A stretch of DNA of 63,230 nucleotides, the filler included, from Octopus bimaculoides (Eukaryota): assembly GCF_001194135.2 (NCBI RefSeq). It is 8 parts of 8 records of this genome, joined end to end, with 100 filler letters (N's around TTAATTAATTAA, not from the genome) between each part and the next. Parts side by side here need not be neighbours in the genome. Positions count along the whole stretch, not along the records: positions 1 to 11,899 come from NC_068986.1; 7 more parts are not named here. One strand, given 5' to 3'. The position numbers and the translations under genes were made by a program. Shown piece by piece: positions 1 through 11,999 of the stretch (its first letter is position 1; every line of letters starts with the position of its first letter). Below the pieces are notes generated by a model. The model was not told the DNA's origin, ran no database searches, and worked only from the letters and a program-made list of their open reading frames with translations.

Positions 1-1337
1 CACATGTGCGCGCACACTCATACTTACTTGTATGTATTTTATTTTTATTTTTTTTTCAGTTCTCCTTAAGCGAGTTCAAGCCGGTCGCTAACAAAGCGAC
101 AAAGCATTTTGAGTTAAGAGAGTTCACGGTGTATTTGAGTTTGTGCACACACCCAAGGGCGTGCATTTATTTTTCTAAAGAATCTAAGATGGAGAATCTT
201 TGGAATGTCTTACAAATCTTCAGTGTGCCTCTAATAGATTGGACTTGGAGAACCCGCGCGGTTTCTTTTGTTTTTTTCTTCTAAAAAAACCTTGCATTTC
301 TAGGTTTTTGTGTAAATGTATGCGTTTCTGTCTGTTTTCTGTATGTATGTCTGCTGCAGTTTTGTCAGGTCACGTGAGAAATCTCTCATGAAAGCTACTG
401 GTAACACTGGGTCTAGTACAACCTGATGCATGGTCGTGTCGTAGGTGACTAAACTGGTGACTAATCAGCTAGGAGGTTGCTAGAAATCCAGCAGGACCTG
501 CCAAGACAACAAATGAATCTAGTCTAAGTTCAACGACAATCTAGCAATGGCACGGGCCCTCCGAACTTCCAGGTTGGTGTCCGGCGTGCTGGAAGACCAC
601 AGGGAATGAGGTCTCCCTAAGCTTTTGTTAAAGCATGTCTCTAGAAGGTCACTCTGATATTAAGCCAAATATGCAGGGAATGGTATTTGTCATTTTGGGG
701 AGATCTTTTGCTTGCACTTGACATCATTGTGCCCCGACATTTCTGAACCTGTGACCCATATTGGTACTGCATATCTTGCTCTGGCTTGTCTCTGCATCAT
801 GCCAATAGGGTGGAGAGGGTCTGCGAGGTATTGTGCAAGTTTTATTGGGCCTAAGACTTTAAGTTGTGCAATCGCCGGCGTGGCGACTTTCTCATGCCCG
901 GTCGAGTAGGAGGGCGTTGCGGTGAGCAAGAAAGCCGCATGAGCAATCCCGGGTGAAGCCGACTACTGGAGGGGTGCGCTAACTGCATACATGGGCATTG
1001 CTAACGTTTTGCCTAGGCAACAGTCAGTGATGGTCTTCATCGGCCATCTCTCCCTCTCTCTGTCTCTCTCTCTCTCTGTCTCTCTCTCTGTCTCTGTCTC
1101 TCTCTCTCTCTCTCTTTCTCCCCCTATATATACATACATACACACACACATAGGGGAGTTAAGTTATTTCTAAATTCTAGTCAGCCGAATGTTTCACAGT
1201 CTGTCAGCATGTAGCATCAATTGATTATCATTGTTCTCACTTTCTCCTTTTTCTTTTTACTTTTATTTTATTTACTTTTCTGCTCTGATGAAGTTCCGTG
1301 TTTCAAATTGGTATAATTAATTACTTACACTGATAAC

Positions 1338-1372
1338 TATTATTATTATTATCATCATCATCATCATCATCA

Positions 1373-1460
<88 letters not shown>
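1338..1460. repeat. (ATT)n/(ATC)n microsatellite
   Basis: Direct reading of the tandem trinucleotide run. Confidence 0.98.
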
Positions 1461-1461
<1 letters not shown>

Positions 1462-2073
1462 TATATAGAAATGATTGAGGTAACTCCTCCTGAAGATATA
1501 GAGTCNNNNNNNNNNNNNNNNNNNNNNNNNNNNNNNNNNNNNNNNNNNNNNNNNNNNNNNNNNNNNNNNNNNNNNNNNNNNNNNNNNNNNNNNNNNNNNN
1601 NNNNNNNNNNNNNNNNNNNNNNNNNNNNNNNNNNNNNNNNNNNNNNNNNNNNNNNNNNNNNNNNNNNNNNNNNNNNNNNNNNNNNNNNNNNNNNNNNNNN
1701 NNNNNNNNNNNNNNNNNNNNNNNNNNNNNNNNNNNNNNNNNNNNNNNNNNNNNNNNNNNNNNNNNNNNNNNNNNNNNNNNNNNNNNNNNNNNNNNNNNNN
1801 NNNNNNNNNNNNNNNNNNNNNNNNNNNGAGGTAACTCCTCCTGAAGATATAGAGTCAAAATTAAAAGATGTCGAAATATTGTTCACGAGATAGCAAATGG
1901 CACTCTTCTTTTAATTTTGACTCTATATCTTCAGGAGGAGTTACCTCAATCCTTTCTATATAAACGAAAATGAAGTAGATTGACAAATTTATTTTTTGAA
2001 CCAGTGGAAGACACGCAAGGTGTCGAAATATTGTTCACGAGATAGCAAATGGCACTCTTCTTTTAATTTTGAC
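1460..2073. mobile_element. Fold-back/MITE-like element between ATT microsatellites
   Basis: Arm gaggtaactcctcctgaagatatagagtcaaaattaaaaga (1828-1868) is the exact reverse complement of 1907-1947. The pre-gap copy 1460-1505 extends the arm to tttatatagaaa (matching up to 1964). The loop plus part of the arm is repeated at about 2020-2073. Confidence 0.6.
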
Positions 2074-2105
<32 letters not shown>

Positions 2106-2395
2106 GTGGTGATTAAACCGGAAAATCACGCTAACGGAAACAGCGTTTTGTAGTTAATTTTGTGTCTTTTTGTAATTAATTAATAAATGATAATTTATGT
2201 AAATCAATTGTTATTCATCAATTGTATCGCTATTTTCTGCTTTCCTTATATATATATATCGTACTGCATTAACTTTGGATATCCTTGTTGCTTATTTTGA
2301 TTTTAATCACCTTATTTTGAAACTGTATGAATAATGCCATACTTATTTCTGGTGCCTAAACTTAAGTACCATATTCACCTGAATCTATCTATCTG

Positions 2396-2428
<33 letters not shown>

Positions 2429-2429
2429 A

Positions 2430-2585
2430 GTCTAAGTTTACGTCCCCGTAACTTAGCGGTTCGGCAAATTAGACTGAGAGAATAAATACTAGGCTTACAA
2501 AGAATATGTCCTGGGGTCGATTTGTTCTACTAAAGGCGGTGCTCCAGCATGGCCACAGTCAAATGATGGAAACAAGTAAAAAAAA
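2430..2585 (+). mobile_element. tRNA-SINE family A, 3' portion
   Basis: gtttacgtccccgtaacttagcggttcggcaaa...ggggtcgatttg...ctccagcatggcc is the reverse complement of the copy at 52411-52580. Confidence 0.85.
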
Positions 2586-2610
2586 ATCCGCTTTCGTAAG
2601 TACTTAGTGA

Positions 2611-2855
2611 AGGTGCGTGGCTTAGTGGTTAGAGTATACGAGTCACGATCGTAAGGTCGTGAGTTCAATTCCTGGCGGCCTGTTATGTCATTGAGCGTGA
2701 CGTTTTATTTCGCGCTGTTCTCGTCCCCTCAGCTGGCATGTATTTTCAAGGGTCCAGTCTTGTCACATTCTGTGTCACGCTGAATCTCCCCCGAGAACTA
2801 CGTCAAGGGTACACATGTCTGTGGAGTGCTCAGCCGCTTGCAAGTTAAATTACTA
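2611..2855 (+). mobile_element. tRNA-SINE family C
   Basis: A-box-like tggcttagtggtt and B-box-like gagttcaattcc. The body matches the copy at 61930-62190 (- strand). Confidence 0.85.
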
Positions 2856-3558
2856 TTGGTAAGCTTTTGCTGNNNNNNNNNNNNNNNNNNNNNNNNNNNN
2901 NNNNNNNNNNNNNNNNNNNNNNNNNNNNNNNNNNNNNNNNNNNNNNNNNNNNNNNNNNNNNNNNNNNNNNNNNNNNNNNNNNNNNNNNNNNNNNNNNNNN
3001 NNNNNNNNNNNNNNNNNNNNNNNNNNNNNNNNNNNNNNNNNNNNNNNNNNNNNNNNNNNNNNNNNNNNNNNNNNNNNNNNNNNNNNNNNNNNNNNNNNNN
3101 NNNNNNNNNNNNNNNNNNNNNNNNNNNNNNNNNNNNNNNNNNNNNNNNNNNNNNNNNNNNNNNNNNNNNNNNNNNNNNNNNNNNNNNNNNNNNNNNNNNN
3201 NNNNNNNNNNNNNNNNNNNNNNNNNNNNNNNNNNNNNNNNNNNNNNNNNNNNNNNNNNNNNNNNNNNNNNNNNNNNNNNNNNNNNNNNNNNNNNNNNNNN
3301 NNNNNNNNNNNNNNNNNNNNNNNNNNNNNNNNNNNNNNNNNNNNNNNNNNNNNNNNNNNNNNNNNNNNNNNNNNNNNNNNNNNNNNNNNNNNNNNNNNNN
3401 NNNNNNNNNNNNNNNNNNNNNNNNNNNNNNNNNNNNNNNNNNNNNNNNNNNNNNNNNNNNNNNNNNNNNNNNNNNNNNNNNNNNNNNNNNNNNNNNNNNN
3501 NNNNNNNNNNNNNNNNNNNNNNNNNNNNNNNNNNNNNNNNNNNNNNNNNNNNNNNNNN

Positions 3559-3631
<73 letters not shown>

Positions 3632-3639
3632 CACACACA

Positions 3640-4845
3640 CACAAACAGAACGGAAATAAATAGACGCCCCATAAAACATCGTTTTCACTTGAAAAACTAA
3701 ATTCGTTTTTGACATTTTTATGTTTCAGGTTCTATACGTGACTCTTTAGTCATGCCACACACAAAAGAAGCCTTGGAGCTGTCTGAATTTCAAAGACGAT
3801 GTATTGTGGGTCAATCTGAAGGTGGACACAATCAGCGTAAAATCACAGAAAACCTTGGGATTCCGCTTTCTATAGTTAATAGAGTGAATGTGCAATTCCC
3901 CAGAGAGGGGAAGGAGTCCACACCACCCCGCCCAGGTCAACCAGGGCTCTCTAACAAGATCCTTTGCTTTGTTAAGAGAAGTGTGGAAGATAATCCTCAT
4001 TGCAAGGCCTCTGACATAGCAGAACAAATTGAGGTCAGTCCCAGAACAGCTGCCAGGTATCTTGGCTACTATAACAGAGCAGCCAGAAGGAAGCCACTTC
4101 TTCGATCAGTCAATATCAAAGAGAGAAAAGATTGGGCCAGTGAGAGGGTGGAGAGGCCACCATCAGTTTGGGATATTGTCATATTCTCAACATTTTCTGA
4201 GAGTGGTCAACTGTGGGGCTGGATACTCTGTGATCAAGAATATGATGTGAAAAGATTGCGCTAACAATGAAACACGGCAGCTATTCTGTGATGGTTTGGG
4301 GAGCAAATTGGAGCAATGGTCAATCAGAGCTGGTGGAGTGTGAGGGAAACATAAACTCAGATGAATATGTGTCCATATTGCAGAAAGGACTCCTTCCAAT
4401 CTTCTCCAGTGGTGAAATGATTAAAGAAGACTCTTTATTTATGGAAGATGGGGTTTCTTGTCACACGGCGAATATGACCCAAGATTGGTTGGAAGAGAAT
4501 GACTTTAAAAAGCCAGTCACCAGATACGAACCCAATTGAATACCTCTGGAGGCATAATAGACAAGATACTTTGTAAAAAGAAGAAGAAAGCATCCTCAAA
4601 GTCAGATCTTTTGAGATTACTGCATGAAACTTGGCAAGAAATTCCTCATGAGAATATTTGTCATCTGATCAGTAACATACCTAATAGGGTCCTTGCATTG
4701 AAAAATGCAAAGGGCGTGTCTTCTAATTATTAGATATTCACATTATAATAATGAATAAATAATTCGAATGTATAATTTCAGATTTAGACAAATTTTAATG
4801 ATTATAAGATAAGGGTGTCTATTTATTTCTGTCATGTCTGTGTAT
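3640..4845 (+). mobile_element. Tc1-like DNA transposon, degenerate, about 1.2 kb
   Basis: Imperfect TIRs: cagaacggaaataaatagacgccc (about 3646-3669) versus the reverse complement of gggtgtctatttatttctgtcatgtctg (about 4813-4840). TA-rich flanks and an internal transposase remnant. Confidence 0.85.
3752..4733 (+). pseudogene. Tc1-family transposase pseudogene (stop/frameshift-broken ORFs 3752-4264, 4267-4539, 4536-4733)
   Basis: N-terminal HTH (RRCIVG...IAENL-like), ARRKPLL, KHGSYSVMVWGA, FMEDGVSCHTA, and a C-terminal W..I..E....LI.S.PNR-like helix. Confidence 0.88.
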
Positions 4846-6119
4846 ATATTTTGTAAACAAACTTTCTTGTCTGTAATACCTACGTACGTACACGCGCGCG
4901 CACACACACACACACACGCATACATACGTGTGTGTGTGTGTGTGTGTGTGTGCGCGCTCAGCCAATTTGTACGTTAATTTCACGAGCAGGTCCGTTGAAC
5001 ACTTGTCGTAAGCGATGGAGACTCAGGTCTTATACGAGCGTAAATACACACACACATACATACATACATACATGCATACATACATACATACATACATACA
5101 TCAACATTTTGCACTTACACTTAAGACAGTAAAATGATGAGAGATATGTATACACAGGCGCGGATGCCGCTCTTGATAGGGTCATGCATAATTAACAAGC
5201 TGCCAAACAGGCTGTCCGACGAACAGACAGATGGGCAGACATACAATGTTGTGTAGCAATGACGTATAAATTGTCACAAGACAATCTTTTCCAAATCGAT
5301 TTCCTAAACAGTTTCTATGTAAACGAAGTGGATNNNNNNNNNNNNNNNNNNNNNNNNNNNNNNNNNNNNNNNNNNNNNNNNNNNNNNNNNNNNNNNNNNN
5401 NNNNNNNNNNNNNNNNNNNNNNNNNNNNNNNNNNNNNNNNNNNNNNNNNNNNNNNNNNNNNNNNNNNNNNNNNNNNNNNNNNNNNNNNNNNNNNNNNNNN
5501 NNNNNNNNNNNNNNNNNNNNNNNNNNNNNNNNNNNNNNNNNNNNNNNNNNNNNNNNNNNNNNNNNNNNNNNNNNNNNNNNNNNNNNNNNNNNNNNNNNNN
5601 NNNNNNNNNNNNNNNNNNNNNNNNNNNNNNNNNNNNNNNNNNNNNNNNNNNNNNNNNNNNNNNNNNNNNNNNNNNNNNNNNNNNNNNNNNNNNNNNNNNN
5701 NNNNNNNNNNNNNNNNNNNNNNNNNNNNNNNNNNNNNNNNNNNNNNNNNNNNNNNNNNNNNNNNNNNNNNNNNNNNNNNNNNNNNNNNNNNNNNNNNNNN
5801 NNNNNNNNNNNNNNNNNNNNNNNNNNNNNNNNNNNNNNNNNNNNNNNNNNNNNNNNNNNNNNNNNNNNNNNNNNNNNNNNNNNNNNNNNNNNNNNNNNNN
5901 NNNNNNNNNNNNNNNNNNNNNNNNNNNNNNNNNNNNNNNNNNNNNNNNNNNNNNNNNNNNNNNNNNNNNNNNNNNNNNNNNNNNNNNNNNNNNNNNNNNN
6001 NNNNNNNNNNNNNNNNNNNNNNNNNNNNNNNNNNNNNTATATATATATCTAAGGAGTGAGTGAGTAAGAGAGAGAGAGAGAGAGAGGGAGAGAAAGAGAG
6101 AGAAAGAGGGGAAGGAGAG

Positions 6120-6350
6120 ATGAATCATACAAATAACACGAGTAAAACTGGAGGCAAAGACGAAGCAATCGTAAGGTACTGCGTGGAATCAGAAAGCGAA
6201 AGCATGTTCCTGAAGAGCGTAAAAATATATAGCGAAAAAACAGTAAACGTAGAAGTGTACAACAAAATTCAAGACGTAACAGAAGAAAAATATGATGTTT
6301 CGGGTGAGACCCTTCATAAAAAGAAGAAAGAACTGAAAAATAAACTTTGA
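6120..6350 (-). mobile_element. Probable Penelope-type terminal fragment with a decayed hammerhead-like motif
   Basis: The - strand of 6294-6320 reads tttatga-a-gggt-ctc-accc-gaaa-ca-tc, with a T-rich tail like the other termini in the window. Confidence 0.4.
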
Positions 6351-6353
6351 GGA

Positions 6354-6401
<48 letters not shown>

Positions 6402-6732
6402 AAGTAGTAGTAGTAGTAATAGTATGAAGGCATGCACTGTAACAACGTGTCACCGCATCCACTGTTTGTTGGTGACTCTCTACACCTGGTAGATGATACA
6501 TTTCCACCGCTCAGGCGGCAACCCTCTAACTCATGGGTCTGCTTGGGTTGTCGTTGCTGGTGAGAGTCTTATGAGGCTGGAGTGCAAATCCTAATTCAAT
6601 CTCTTTTGGTTGCCTTTTACGGCACGCAGAGGAAACAATACGCCAGAAATGTATGATATCCAAACAAGGCATCTAGTCACATGACAAATCCCACATATAT
6701 AATTTATGAGTATGTAATGGTATCAGTATAGA

Positions 6733-6808
<76 letters not shown>

Positions 6809-7182
6809 NNNNNNNNNNNNNNNNNNNNNNNNNNNNNNNNNNNNNNNNNNNNNNNNNNNNNNNNNNNNNNNNNNNNNNNNNNNNNNNNNNNNNNNNNNNN
6901 NNNNNNNNNNNNNNNNNNNNNNNNNNNNNNNNNNNNNNNNNNNNNNNNNNNNNNNNNNNNNNNNNNNNNNNNNNNNNNNNNNNNNNNNNNNNNNNNNNNN
7001 NNNNNNNNNNNNNNNNNNNNNNNNNNNNNNNNNNNNNNNNNNNNNNNNNNNNNNNNNNNNNNNNNNNNNNNNNNNNNNNNNNNNNNNNNNNNNNNNNNNN
7101 NNNNNNNNNNNNNNNNNNNNNNNNNNNNNNNNNNNNNNNNNNNNNNNNNNNNNNNNNNNNNNNNNNNNNNNNNNNNNNNNNN

Positions 7183-7250
<68 letters not shown>

Positions 7251-7851
7251 TCTTTCTCTCTTACTCCGTAAGCAACTATATGCAACAACAGCAGTAGTTT
7301 CCACTCGAATAAGAACGAGTAAACAGAATAAATAACCCTACTAATTGGACGATTTCCATTGTAATGGTATGCCTTAAGCATTTCCTTTTATAGGATCGAG
7401 TAGAGTGACTCCGTCGTTTTATTTGGTGACCTCTGGAACACCCAGGTTGTTATGCAAGATATAATGTTACAGAGCCCGCCTGGTGGTCGTTTATCTGATA
7501 CAGTTGTAATTGATCCGTGTATAAAGCACTGTCAAGAGGTATCATATATGTTCTTTGTATGCGTATGAAGTTGATAGAAATCTTTTTTTTCTAACTTATC
7601 ATATGTGCAGGCTCTACCGAAACGAAGCAATGTTTTGTTTATTTCACCCGAAAACACGGTAAATTTCTCGTTTCGCTGAATTATAATTACGGAAACAAAT
7701 TTCTGAAAATGGTGATTGTTAAAGCATGACAATAGGGTACTACTGCTATGGCAATAGTGTTTCGTCTCTTTGCTATAATGTAATATCGAATATATTTATT
7801 GAGCTGTGTTAGGAGGATTGTGAACGGTACAGCTACTTTTTTTTTGTTTTC

Positions 7852-8075
7852 ACCTTTTACTTGTTTCAGTTATTGAACTGCGGCCAGACTGGGGCACCGC
7901 TTTGAAGGGTTTTGGTCGAACAACTCAGCCGCAGAACTTAGGTTTATTTTATTTTATTTTTTAGTCTGGGACTTATTCGAACGACTTTGGCCGAACCACT
8001 GGATAATGAGGAGGAGGTAAACAAACCAACACCAGCTGCTAAACGGCGGAGGTGGGACAAGCACAGACACAAAGA
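7852..8075 (-). mobile_element. tRNA-SINE family A, diverged 3' portion
   Basis: cttttacttgtttcag...ctgcggcc...gcaccgc...gccgaacc...gacaagcacagacac aligns by eye with 52425-52620. Confidence 0.7.
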
Positions 8076-8655
8076 CACACAGACACAACCACACACACGT
8101 GTACGTATGCATATGTATTCATACATAAGCACATACGCACACGCACACGCAAACAAACACACACACATATACATATGTGTATGTATGTATTCATACATAC
8201 ATACATACACACATACATACAGAAGCACACACGCACACACAGACACACACACATGTATGTATATATATATATATATGTAAGTATTCATACATGCATACAT
8301 ACAGAAGCACACACGTACACGCACACACATGCACGTATGTATACGTATGTTTTCATACATAAGCTCACACACACCCGTGCACACACACACACACATACAC
8401 GTACGTACGTATGTATATGTATGTATTCATACATACATACATAAATACATAAGCACACACGCACACACACACACGCACATATATACATGTACGTATGTAT
8501 ATGTACGTATTCAATACATACTTAAGCACACACGCACACGCACACACACACACACACACACACATACACACACACGTACGTATGTATATGTATGTATTCA
8601 TACATAATACATACATACATACATAAGCACACGCACAGGCAGACAGACACACACC
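8060..8655. repeat. Compound CA/TACA/CG microsatellite with internal higher-order repeats
   Basis: Recurring units such as gtattcatacat and ataagcacac within CA/TA runs. Confidence 0.9.
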
Positions 8656-8689
8656 TCTCAGAACCTCTCAGAACCTCTCAAAACTTGAC

Positions 8690-9865
8690 ACCAATATCTA
8701 AGCATTGTTGAAGCCTAATTTAATTACGAAGGAAACCAAAGAAATCCATTTTAAGCTTTCGCCAAAGACTATGAAACCACAAACACTTTTCACTTAACAA
8801 GAAAGAAGGACCAACTAGAATTGCGAGACCAAGACATACAAGACATTTACAAACAAGCATGACATCTCTTCGAAGATAGGAAAAAAATAAGGACCAGTTT
8901 AGCCATTATGAAGTGTATTGAAAGAACAATACCATTCTGAAAACCCATTCTTGAAAATAATGGAACATCCCAAATCTCAAACGCAAACAGTAAGGCCATT
9001 ATTGAAAAGCAACTCAAACGATCATCAAAAACACAGAGTTGATTATATTAATTCCAGACAAAAATCTAAACAAAGAAACAGCCTTTTCAGGATCAACAAA
9101 ACTCCGTTCTCTTCAAGACAAAATGCGCTTCGCCAGAGATATATAGAAAGTGACTTCATCGGAAGAAACTGGAACATTCTTTGTTCGAGACGCAACACCT
9201 CTCCAAATCGGGTTCACCAGTTGACACTATACACGAGAAATTTTGAACGTAATGACTTCAGACAGGACCAACCACAACTGATATGATATACCAAAAATTA
9301 TAACCGTTATAACTTTTTACAGGGTTGGCCACAACTAAAGACTTATTATGGATCAAGATTGTACAGAAGAACAGTCAACCGGAGCACTGATTCGATGAAC
9401 CAAAGATCACGGAATCATTTTTTAGACACAATAGACAGAAATCAAGACACTCGATGGTACAGATCGAATGTAAGATTTCGAAAGTTATAAATCTTTCAAA
9501 ACCCTCGAAATGGCTAAATTTCACCCCAAACACCATAACATTCCAGCATAAATGATATACCGAATGATGTCCAGAAATTTTGTAAATAACTACACGTAAT
9601 TATTTGACAAAGAAATTAATAACAAATCAATGCTAAAATAATAAAATCAACAACATTCCGACAAAAGATGGGAACAAAACTCGAGACAAATTCTGTGATT
9701 TCGTAACCAATTTTTCTTATAATTTACTACCACATCCGAAATTTAAACCAAATACCAGCCGAAAAGAATGGGAAATCATTAATGATCTCAAGGATGATTA
9801 CAATCTAGTTATTAAAAATGCTGATAGAGGTAGTGCTGTAGTCTTTATGGACTCGGAACAATAGT
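8690..9865 (+). mobile_element. Highly decayed Penelope-like element, pre-RT region
   Basis: 9815-9860 translates to KNADRGSAVVFMD, the ADKG.AVV.MD motif that precedes the PLE RT. The upstream A-rich region has broken coding character. Confidence 0.6.
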
Positions 9866-10543
9866 CGCTGTTCACCGTGCATATAATCATTTATCATCGG
9901 TTCTATAGTACATTATAGCAATAACAATAGATACTTTATGAATCATCATTCTTACATTATTTTCAATATTGCAACCAAGTTTAGCTTTAATAAATTCATT
10001 TGATTTCTCTATAAATTCGTCATTTTAGCATCGTCTTTCATGTCCGACATCTTTCAAATTACCAACGTTATCGAAATTCCTGCAACACTTGGTTTATAGA
10101 ATCAACGTAACAAAACGAATTTGGTATTGCTCTTACGTATCTCAATGAATATTACTTCTGCAATCTTGTTAGCGATTCTTTGTCAACAGAAATTCTATAT
10201 TATTATAAAAATGAAAGTGTTTTTAGTTGAGTAACGTAGACAAACACGTTCTGTTTCTTGCTTGTGTTTATTCAGTTGCTTAAATAGTATTTTAACTGAA
10301 GGGTTTATTATAAGGACGGTGGTTATATTTATAAACATGTATTGATGTGGTGGCACTATCAACATCATAATTATACAATTGAACAATCAACAGCTTTGTA
10401 TTCACACAAATATTCGTCTCCAAGATTAAATAATTATTAACCTATTTACGCAAATTTGTGGAACATACATGTGCAAAATAGTTAAATGACTAATTCTATT
10501 GTGTATGTATGTATGTATGTATGTATGTATGTATGTATGTATG

Positions 10544-10585
<42 letters not shown>

Positions 10586-10668
10586 ATCTCTCTCATTTTA
10601 TGTATACAGATACATACACATACACACACATAATATTATCTGTTTATGTATATACATGTATGTTTACA

Positions 10669-10723
<55 letters not shown>

Positions 10724-11140
10724 GAGTGAGAGCAGCGCATGCCATCAAAGTGACATTAGGATAAAGTGTACGAAGCCCAGTATATCCATCATGACTACCC
10801 GCCTGATAAGGGTACACCAAGTACATGCGTCACAATAATATGTGCGCAACATGGTGATCTCATATCAAGATAAACAGCGCATGACCTCGCAGGTGGGGCC
10901 CAGTTAGAATTTTCTTCAGGTCGAGTAGCCCATCCCGCTCAAGAGGTCCCTGAACACATGGCTATGGTGCTCCCCCACTACTTCTGCTCGTGATCAGAGG
11001 TGCACATATCGTCAGCCACCAAGGGACATGCTCAACTGGTTAAGGTCAAACAACTGACAAGTAAATCTGTGGCATTGAGCAGAATATTTGCTGCAGCCCA
11101 TCTTTTATACCAAGACAAAAACAATGTACATGATAACACT
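10724..11140 (-). mobile_element. TAA-tailed interspersed repeat, probably non-autonomous
   Basis: The - strand ends ...ctctcactc(aat)n at 10671-10723. A second fragment at about 31986-32040 (ggggtaaaatatacgaagccc...catcatgacta.ccg.ctgata) also abuts an (ATT)n run. Confidence 0.7.
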
Positions 11141-11646
11141 CATTATTATTATTTCGCAGCTTATTTTGCTGGGTATGATGGAAAGTGTCAGCTGTCCACA
11201 ACCAGCAGACAAAGGTGACACCGGTTTACTGGTCATGCTTCAGGAACCCTGCGAAGAATTCTTGCAGTTTCAAGCAATGCTAATTTTTGCGGGTGTTCTA
11301 CCTTCACACTTGCACCAATCTTTTTCAGCCATGTTGGTAGTTGAGTGCTAATACTTCCAAAGTCCAATTACTATTGATATCACGTCTACTCTTCTCATTG
11401 ACCACAACCTTCGTATTTCCCACTTGAAATCGTCATTATTATTATTTTTTCTTCTTCTTTCACATTGGTCCTGTTGTCACCGGGGCATGCTATGTCAACT
11501 ATCATACACGTTCTTTGTTTTTTTTATTCACCACAACAATGTCCGGTTTCCGATGTCTGGTCAGGTGATCGCATGTTTTTTTCGTCTATGAATATATTCC
11601 TTATTAACCATTATCATTATTGTTATTGTTATTATTATTATTATTG

Positions 11647-11899
11647 TTCAGTAGTTTTATTTTTATAACGTGCTTTCACTTCACTACCGAGCGCAGCTCT
11701 GTGCGCCGTGGGTATGTGCTGTGGTTTGCTGTGGTGCTCTTATGTTTACTGTATTGAAAGTGTTTTGCGTAGAATGTGTGCAGTACCCAGTAGTGCAATT
11801 TTCTGTATGTTATATATATTTGTAAGTCCTGGTATTTTTGTTATGTATTTGTCTGAATATTTTTTTATTATACCTATGGCACCTACTATGATAGGAATT
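11647..11899 (-). mobile_element. Dong/R4-clade non-LTR retrotransposon 3' end
   Basis: The - strand 11898-11746 reads IPIIVGAIGIIKKYSDKYITKIPGLTNIYNIQKIALLGTAHILRKTLSIQ*, a C-terminus of the R4/Dong restriction-like endonuclease type. A 100-bp 3' UTR and a (TAA)n tail follow. It is truncated by an assembly gap. Confidence 0.85.
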
Positions 11900-11999
11900 N
11901 NNNNNNNNNNNNNNNNNNNNNNNNNNNNNNNNNNNNNNNNNNNTTAATTAATTAANNNNNNNNNNNNNNNNNNNNNNNNNNNNNNNNNNNNNNNNNNNN

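Noticed and set aside
1285-1291. CTGATGA here and at 12334-12340 (- strand) as hammerhead cores
   Set aside because: No properly placed GAAA or stem III/UH downstream, so they are not counted as ribozymes.
2611-2680. tRNA-like heads (also at 31748, 32803, 36330 and 62120-62190)
   Set aside because: They have A/B boxes but no complete cloverleaf and continue into shared SINE bodies, so they are not tRNA genes.
6060-6350. 96-aa charged ORF
   Set aside because: It starts in a GA repeat and is the A-rich antisense of a repeat terminus; no domain is recognisable.
7944-8652. HT/CV/YI-repeat ORFs here and at many similar sites
   Set aside because: They are translations of CA/TA/TACA microsatellites, open in several frames.
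9900-10190. Possible decayed Tc1/mariner HTH on the - strand
   Set aside because: Only a vague resemblance with many stops and no TIR or catalytic motif.
11944-11956. Recurrent TTAATTAATTAA palindrome as a biological motif or repeat array
   Set aside because: It is always embedded in N runs, so it is an assembly spacer.
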